Below, piece by piece: positions 6,999-11,096 of a stretch of DNA of 11,096 nucleotides; within the stretch, counting starts at the first letter, position 1, and each line of letters begins with the position of its first letter. The stretch is from a virus (taxonomy: Duplodnaviria; Heunggongvirae; Uroviricota; Caudoviricetes). The stretch lies in the IMG/VR virus record IMGVR_UViG_3300028374_000006. One strand, 5' to 3'. The notes under the pieces were generated by a model that was not told the DNA's origin, ran no database searches, and saw only the letters and a program-made list of their open reading frames with translations. A program made the translations under genes and the position numbers.

Positions 6999-7075
6999 AG
7001 GCCCGTAGCTCAGTCTGGATAGAGCACGGCGCTACGAACGCCGGATAGTCGGGGGTTCGAATCCCTCCGGGCCTG
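6999..7075 (+). tRNA. tRNA-Arg(ACG), CCA not encoded
   Basis: Acceptor AGGCCCG/CGGGCCT, D-stem GCTC/GAGC with GG-A20, anticodon stem CGGCG/CGCCG with loop CTACGAA, 7-nt variable region, T-arm GGGGG-TTCGAAT-CCCTC. Confidence 0.95.
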
Positions 7076-7090
7076 CTAACCCTTAATGCT

Positions 7091-7131
7091 TTGATACGAC
7101 CACCCTAGTGTAATTTAACGTAGGGAGGTCG
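7091..7131 (+). promoter_or_regulatory. Conserved leader element with SD-sequestering hairpin (copy 2)
   Basis: TTGATACGA-CCA-CCCT-AG-TGTAAT-TTAACG-TAGGGA. CGACC-A-CCCTA (7097-7107) pairs with TAGGG-A-GGTCG (7121-7131), covering GGAGGT. Confidence 0.5.
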
Positions 7132-7133
7132 CG

Positions 7134-7466
7134 ATGAAACGCATCGGGTTGAAGCTGTTTTATTATTTGGTCGTTGTACCGGTATCGTGGTTAGGGACAG
7201 AGTGGGCACTTCGAGTGTACCACAAAACCCATGACCGCATCTGGCCGGAAAAATCGACTGAACTTATGCTCTACCGGTCGGAAGCAATTCAGACCATGAT
7301 GGGCATGGGGTATTGCCTTCAGTTGCGGGGCAATCAAATATGGGCCTTTAATTTTTCGACGGAAGATTTCCTTCTGGCGGAGCATGAGGATCCAAAGGAA
7401 CGTTGGAAACTAGCACTACGAGCTGCTCATGACCATAAAACAAACGTTCTGGAAGGTGGTGCATAA
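7134..7466 (+). CDS. Hypothetical protein (110 aa), hydrophobic N-terminal segment
   Basis: GGAGGT SD; contains EW-x7-T-x-D-x2-WP, shared with the next ORF. Confidence 0.8.
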   Translation: MKRIGLKLFYYLVVVPVSWLGTEWALRVYHKTHDRIWPEKSTELMLYRSEAIQTMMGMGYCLQLRGNQIWAFNFSTEDFLLAEHEDPKERWKLALRAAHDHKTNVLEGGA

Positions 7467-7746
7467 CGCAGTAGCGCACCCCCTCCTCGCCATCGACGAT
7501 CTTATCCGTGCGGAATGGACTGTTGATTTCCACGACTGGACGTCGGATTTAGCTTGGCCGCCCGAGGAGGGTGGTGGCTACGATCCAAACAACCTCGAAG
7601 TTCGCCTCGGTGAACATCGTGAGCACATGGATATCGCCGGTCATCTTTTGACCGACGCCGGATTGGGGGATGAGTTCAGAGCTATCCTCAAGGAATCCGA
7701 AATGAAAGTTGACGAACTATACGAAGAACGTGTAGGATCTAAGTAG
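7429..7746 (+). CDS. Hypothetical protein (105 aa)
   Basis: N-terminal W..VHN.VAHPL...FHDWT...AWP motif; overlaps the upstream ORF by 38 nt; ends 8 nt before tRNA-Val. Confidence 0.75.
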   Translation: MTIKQTFWKVVHNAVAHPLLAIDDLIRAEWTVDFHDWTSDLAWPPEEGGGYDPNNLEVRLGEHREHMDIAGHLLTDAGLGDEFRAILKESEMKVDELYEERVGSK

Positions 7747-7754
7747 CAAGTTAC

Positions 7755-7828
7755 GGGGCCGTAACTCAGTTGGTCAGAGTGCCATCCTTACAAGTTGGAA
7801 GTCGACAGTTCGAGTCTGTCCGGCCCCA
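7755..7828 (+). tRNA. tRNA-Val(TAC), CCA not encoded
   Basis: Acceptor GGGGCCG/CGGCCCC, D-stem ACTC/GAGT, anticodon stem CCATC/GTTGG (one U.U mismatch) with loop CTTACAA, T-arm GACAG-TTCGAGT-CTGTC. Confidence 0.94.
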
Positions 7829-7830
7829 TT

Positions 7831-7865
7831 AGCCCCCGGATCTTTTAAGGTCTGGGGGCTTTTCT
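7831..7865 (+). terminator. Rho-independent terminator after tRNA-Val
   Basis: 12-bp stem AGCCCCCGGATC/GGTCTGGGGGCT (two G.U pairs), loop TTTTAA, followed by TTTCT. Confidence 0.8.
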
Positions 7866-7878
7866 ATATGGAGATCAC

Positions 7879-8061
7879 GTGCTAAAATCACTCGTGAAAG
7901 CGATGAGGCGTCAGAAAAAGGGCACCAAATCAATCGAACATCTGCACCATTTCCAGTGTGCCGCTTGCCAAAAGTGGTGGTCTATTGGTGACGCCCCCGA
8001 TCGCAAGAAGTGGTTTTGCCCGTGGTGTGGAACAGAACAGGAATTTGAAAATCATGAATGA
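7879..8061 (+). CDS. Small zinc-ribbon protein (60 aa; alternative ATG at 7903)
   Basis: GGAG SD before GTG 7879; CAAC..WW..G...WFCPWCG. Confidence 0.75.
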   Translation: MLKSLVKAMRRQKKGTKSIEHLHHFQCAACQKWWSIGDAPDRKKWFCPWCGTEQEFENHE

Positions 8062-8344
8062 TAAAACGACCGAAACATCTGACCTGATCACAGACGCATT
8101 TGCCAAAGTAGGTTCCTCTTTCCTCCGGGCCGGAAACCACCGGTTCCCTTTTGATGAGCTTCAGGATTACCGGCTCGTCAACAACCCCCGTGACACGGAC
8201 CTTTGGTACGTAGAGTTGACGTATAGAACGCTGTCTGATATAAAACGAATCGAGGTATCATTCGATTCGCAATTGGAAGCCAAAGAGGCTGCTTCCCAAC
8301 TGGATGCGCTTGTAGCGGAACAGTGGGAGGAAAAACGCTGGTAA
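8054..8344 (+). CDS. Hypothetical protein (96 aa)
   Basis: ATG 8054 lies in the frame of ORF 7958..8344, overlaps the upstream stop and follows AGGA 8039-8042. Confidence 0.75.
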   Translation: MNDKTTETSDLITDAFAKVGSSFLRAGNHRFPFDELQDYRLVNNPRDTDLWYVELTYRTLSDIKRIEVSFDSQLEAKEAASQLDALVAEQWEEKRW

Positions 8345-8350
8345 GGCATT

Positions 8351-8650
8351 ATGGCTGACGCCTACACAAAGGAAGATAAGATAAGGTTCACGGCCCTTGC
8401 GGTGGTGGGCCTTTTTCTTTTTGCGTCATGGGCGACAGGATTTTTGCGCTACATTGACCGCACTCTGTTTGTGAGTGACACTGGCCCTGTATGTGTCGAA
8501 GAGCAGTATATTCAGTGCTGTAGTTTTGCGGAAGATGCAAAGCCCCTCATCAAGCAAGGCTTTGTGATGGAGGATGATATGGGCCGCGTGTGGACGCTTG
8601 AGCGGCAAGTCCCGTGTGATAAATACGGCAACCCGGCACCCCCGAACTGA
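8351..8650 (+). CDS. Hypothetical membrane-anchored protein with Cys-containing extracytoplasmic part (99 aa)
   Basis: TAAGG SD; TM helix FTALAVVGLFLFASWATGFL; four Cys downstream; TGATG overlap with the next gene. Confidence 0.75.
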   Translation: MADAYTKEDKIRFTALAVVGLFLFASWATGFLRYIDRTLFVSDTGPVCVEEQYIQCCSFAEDAKPLIKQGFVMEDDMGRVWTLERQVPCDKYGNPAPPN

Positions 8651-9060
8651 TGGAAAAGATAACGACAACGGGCGTCCTGACTTACGTGGGGGAGTGGGCG
8701 ATACTCCAGTGCGATTTGGAAACGGTCGTTTATTACCATTGGTGGTTAGAGCGTTTTGGGGTCAAGGTAAACCTTCCCGTCTGGAAATCACACGTATCAG
8801 TGGTTCGTGGTGAAGAGTTACCAAACCCGGAGGCATGGGGCGATTACCAAGACGAAGAAATTGAATTTTGGTATAGCCCTAGCGAAATTTACTGGAACGG
8901 CGAATATTGGTGGATTGACGTCTATAGTCCCCGACTGGAGGCGATTCGCCAAGAGCTAGGTCTCTCGCCCCAACCCGAATACTCATTGCACTGGACAATA
9001 GGCAAAGAGTACGAACGGCGGTGGGGATGTAAACTTGGTGTGGAGTGCTATAACCCATGA
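8650..9060 (+). CDS. 2H phosphoesterase superfamily protein
   Basis: Two H-x-S/T-hydrophobic motifs, H48-V-S-V and H114-W-T-I, with an intervening L..IR.ELGL helix. Confidence 0.75.
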   Translation: MEKITTTGVLTYVGEWAILQCDLETVVYYHWWLERFGVKVNLPVWKSHVSVVRGEELPNPEAWGDYQDEEIEFWYSPSEIYWNGEYWWIDVYSPRLEAIRQELGLSPQPEYSLHWTIGKEYERRWGCKLGVECYNP

Positions 9061-9304
9061 AATGGCTTTGTAAAATCGGTATCCATCTGTTCCGGCATAT
9101 TTCGTCGCACGGCAGCACCATGTCGGCGCTCAAGGGCCACAAAGAGAAACACACCCGGAATTACCGTGTGCCTGTGGTCGCCGTCACAAGACGGTTGAGG
9201 TGTTCAAGAATTGGGAATACAACGAACAGTGGACGACAATAACGATCAAAAAGGGTAAACCGATAGGCGGGGCACCCTCTATGCGAAGAATGAGGAACGA
9301 ATGA
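9057..9304 (+). pseudogene. Small Cys/His (Zn-binding-like) protein split by an apparent 1-nt frameshift near 9165-9167
   Basis: The 5' frame gives MKWLCKIGIHLF...HTRNYR. The -1 frame continues CACGRRHKTVEVFKNWEYNEQW... and ends at TGA 9302-9304, overlapping the next ATG as ATGA. Confidence 0.6.
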
Positions 9305-9711
9305 GTAAAGAGGATCTCCCAACCGAAAAGATACGGCAGTGGATTGACGAAGAACTGGATCCCAAAGTAGACGGGCAAAGTACCCCGCGTGACTGGATCC
9401 GGGAAGCGGCTAAGATGTCTATTCACGACAGCAAGCGACCTTTGGGTAACAGTGAGTGGGCTTACAATTTGGCGGTCACGATGGTTCCGGCTTTCCCGGA
9501 GATCGTGCTGGACGTCAAAGAGTACAACGACAACGACATCGAATTCACATTCGATTGGGAAAAGTTCGACGCTATCCTTAACGGGACCATCGACGCTTTG
9601 ATCAACGAGGATATGGATTTTTCAATGTCTAAGCCGGAAGTCAAATGCAGCACTTGCGGTGCGAAACCTTATGGCCCTCGATGCCCTACTAAATGCGACG
9701 AGTATCACTAA
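9301..9711 (+). CDS. Hypothetical protein (136 aa) with C-terminal Cys cluster
   Basis: GAGGA SD; C-terminus CSTCG..PYGPRCPTKC; TAATG overlap with the next gene. Confidence 0.8.
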   Translation: MSKEDLPTEKIRQWIDEELDPKVDGQSTPRDWIREAAKMSIHDSKRPLGNSEWAYNLAVTMVPAFPEIVLDVKEYNDNDIEFTFDWEKFDAILNGTIDALINEDMDFSMSKPEVKCSTCGAKPYGPRCPTKCDEYH

Positions 9712-9971
9712 TGAGTGAACCGAAAGAAGTGCTGATTGACGGCGTGCGTTATGTACCGGCCCGCGAAACCCAGATGGATATCCGGGAAGCTGTAACCCGC
9801 GAAATATCGGCCCTGTTCTGGGGGTCACTCCCGGATGAGGGGTGGCAAGAAGAATTCGACAAGTGGTGTTCCGACGTGTGGATCCGACCTAACGAGGAAG
9901 GGCACGGTATGAGGATGCACGAATTCGTGGACCGGGTAGTTGCTCGTAGCGTACACAAGGGTGAGGATTGA
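9711..9971 (+). CDS. Hypothetical protein (86 aa)
   Basis: ATG 9711 overlaps the upstream TAA; N-terminal EVLIDGVRYVP. Confidence 0.78.
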   Translation: MSEPKEVLIDGVRYVPARETQMDIREAVTREISALFWGSLPDEGWQEEFDKWCSDVWIRPNEEGHGMRMHEFVDRVVARSVHKGED

Positions 9972-9974
9972 TAC

Positions 9975-10229
9975 ATGGCTTTTCTTAGGATTGGCAGAGA
10001 TGTGATGTTGGACAGCCGGATCAACAAGGTGTCGGTTCAGCCGTTGGGGTCGGGTACTTACGCTCTACGTATCAACAACCGTAAGGCTTCTTACGAGGGC
10101 ACCAAAGAGGCGTGCGAAACTTTACGGGAACGGGTGGTCGAATACCTCATGGCCGAGCACAACTTGCTGTTGATTGACATGAACGAGGATTTGCTTGAAA
10201 ATGATGGACCTGATTGGCAACCCCTGTAA
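9975..10229 (+). CDS. Hypothetical protein (84 aa)
   Basis: GAGGA SD at 9963-9967; fits the tandem gene packing. Confidence 0.78.
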   Translation: MAFLRIGRDVMLDSRINKVSVQPLGSGTYALRINNRKASYEGTKEACETLRERVVEYLMAEHNLLLIDMNEDLLENDGPDWQPL

Positions 10230-10240
10230 CTGGATAAGCG

Positions 10241-10600
10241 ATGGCACCAATACTCCCTACAGATTTGAATCCCGGCATTCAACGCACCGTCAAGTGGCTC
10301 AACGATGGGGGCTATCCCACCGTTGACAGCGGTGACGGAAAGACGCATGATCACGAATGTGACAGGGAAGACCCGTATGTTGTGGTGCAAGTAAGCGCCG
10401 TAGACACCTCCCCTGAATTGCTGGTAGTTTGGGCCAACAGCCTCAAAAAGGCGCTGGAAACTATTGGGGTTGAGGTAGGTCCGGTAGGTAAAGGTCCCGT
10501 GTGGCTACAGGCAAATTACGACCCCTGTAACGGGTATGCTTTCATCGATATAACCGGTATCCACGACGGTATGCTACCCGAGGATCTCACCGATGGTTGA
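10241..10600 (+). CDS. Hypothetical protein (119 aa); N-terminus weakly like the TYW3-type N-terminal motif
   Basis: LNPGIQRTVKWLNDGGYPTVDSGDG resembles D-x-x-I-x-x-(L/V)-x-x-LN-x-x-G-x-x-T-x-x-S-C-x-G (recalled pattern). Confidence 0.6.
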   Translation: MAPILPTDLNPGIQRTVKWLNDGGYPTVDSGDGKTHDHECDREDPYVVVQVSAVDTSPELLVVWANSLKKALETIGVEVGPVGKGPVWLQANYDPCNGYAFIDITGIHDGMLPEDLTDG

Positions 10601-11096
10601 TATGTCAGAAAAGTTCAAAGGATGCATCTTGGGCCTTGCCGTGGGTGACGCTGTAGGGGCACCTGTAGAGAAGGCTTCCATCGAGAATACTCGGCAGTAC
10701 CTCGAAGATCGGGTCAAGCCTAAGAATTTCGACGGCGTGGTGCGTAGCGCTTTCGAAGAATTACCTTTCGGCCACTACACCGACGACACACAGTTGGCAC
10801 GCGAGCTTATGATCTCGCTTGTGGATTGCGAGGGTAGGTTTGACCCTGCAGACTATGCGGACCGTATCCGGGTGATGTTCGAAGACGACCTGATGGTGGG
10901 TTCGGGTGGTACAACACGCCGAGCGGCCCAGCGTTTAATAAAAGGCACGCCGTGGAACCAAGCCGGTGATATGAAATCAGCGGGTAACGGTTCCGTTATG
11001 CGGGTAGCTCCGTTGGCGCTGGCCTTTAAGTCTAACCGTGATGGGGATCTCGCCTCTAAGTCCTTTTTGGATACTGCTAGGGATCTTGTTGACGCC
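10593..11096 (+). CDS. ADP-ribosylglycohydrolase (DraG/ARH family), 3'-partial; absent from the ORF track because it has no stop in the window
   Basis: Manual translation gives MVDMSEKFKGCILGLAVGDAVGAP...GHYTDDTQLA...AGNGSVMRVAP. GAGGA SD 10580-10584 precedes ATG 10593 (alternative ATG 10602). Confidence 0.93.
   Translation, partial: MVDMSEKFKGCILGLAVGDAVGAPVEKASIENTRQYLEDRVKPKNFDGVVRSAFEELPFGHYTDDTQLARELMISLVDCEGRFDPADYADRIRVMFEDDLMVGSGGTTRRAAQRLIKGTPWNQAGDMKSAGNGSVMRVAPLALAFKSNRDGDLASKSFLDTARDLVDA

Larger units (their letters stand above)
1530..11096 (+). mobile_element. Bacteriophage-like accessory region (large phage or prophage; left boundary approximate)
   Basis: About 20 short, co-oriented ORFs, mostly unknown, with ATGA/TAATG overlaps. 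Dispersed single tRNAs, orphan metabolic genes, 2H phosphoesterase and ADP-ribosylhydrolase. Lower GC than nt 1-1530. No structural or integrase gene is visible in the window. Confidence 0.72.

Noticed and set aside
3010-7075. Identical AGGCCCGTA / CGGGCCT at two loci as a possible attL/attR or repeat
   Set aside because: Both are acceptor stems of complete, different tRNAs (Ile, Arg); no integrase or partial tRNA duplicate is seen.
287-10390. Minus-strand ORFs in the track (e.g. 2146..2742, 3307..3744, 3906..4394, 5486..6031) and short alternative + frame ORFs nested in genes (382..633, 1126..1479, 6456..6902)
   Set aside because: They are shadows of better-supported + strand genes, with no motifs or SD; the + strand genes tile the region with canonical overlaps.
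1-11096. CRISPR array, rRNA, integrase/transposase, phage structural genes, stop-codon recoding
   Set aside because: None were seen. No regularly spaced repeats were found, and genes end with TAA, TGA or TAG at positions consistent with the standard code; the single internal TAA in res does not indicate recoding.

Overview
The window has two parts, and every supported gene is on the + strand. (1) 1-~1530 is the GC-rich 3' part of a Type III restriction-modification Res subunit (helicase motifs V/VI plus PD-(D/E)XK nuclease). A TAA interrupts its conserved terminal KI-x-CA-x-x-HF motif. (2) ~1530-11096 is lower-GC, densely packed DNA that looks like the accessory region of a large bacteriophage: many short, overlapping unknown ORFs, sigma70-type promoters, an intrinsic terminator and three dispersed tRNAs (Ile-GAT, Arg-ACG, Val-TAC; none with encoded CCA). 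It also carries an orphan aspartate carbamoyltransferase (pyrB), a phosphopantetheine adenylyltransferase (coaD), a LemA-like gene beside a truncated membrane-protein gene, a 2H phosphoesterase, a Phd/YefM-like fusion protein and the 5' part of an ADP-ribosylglycohydrolase. The most notable unannotated signal is a recurring regulatory architecture: three lead genes (3154, 4186, 7134) have their GGAGG Shine-Dalgarno buried in a hairpin, and two of these leaders share a spaced motif, TTGATACGA..CCCT..TGTAAT..TAGGGA. No structural phage genes are in the window, so the phage call and all family assignments come from motif recognition, not database searches.
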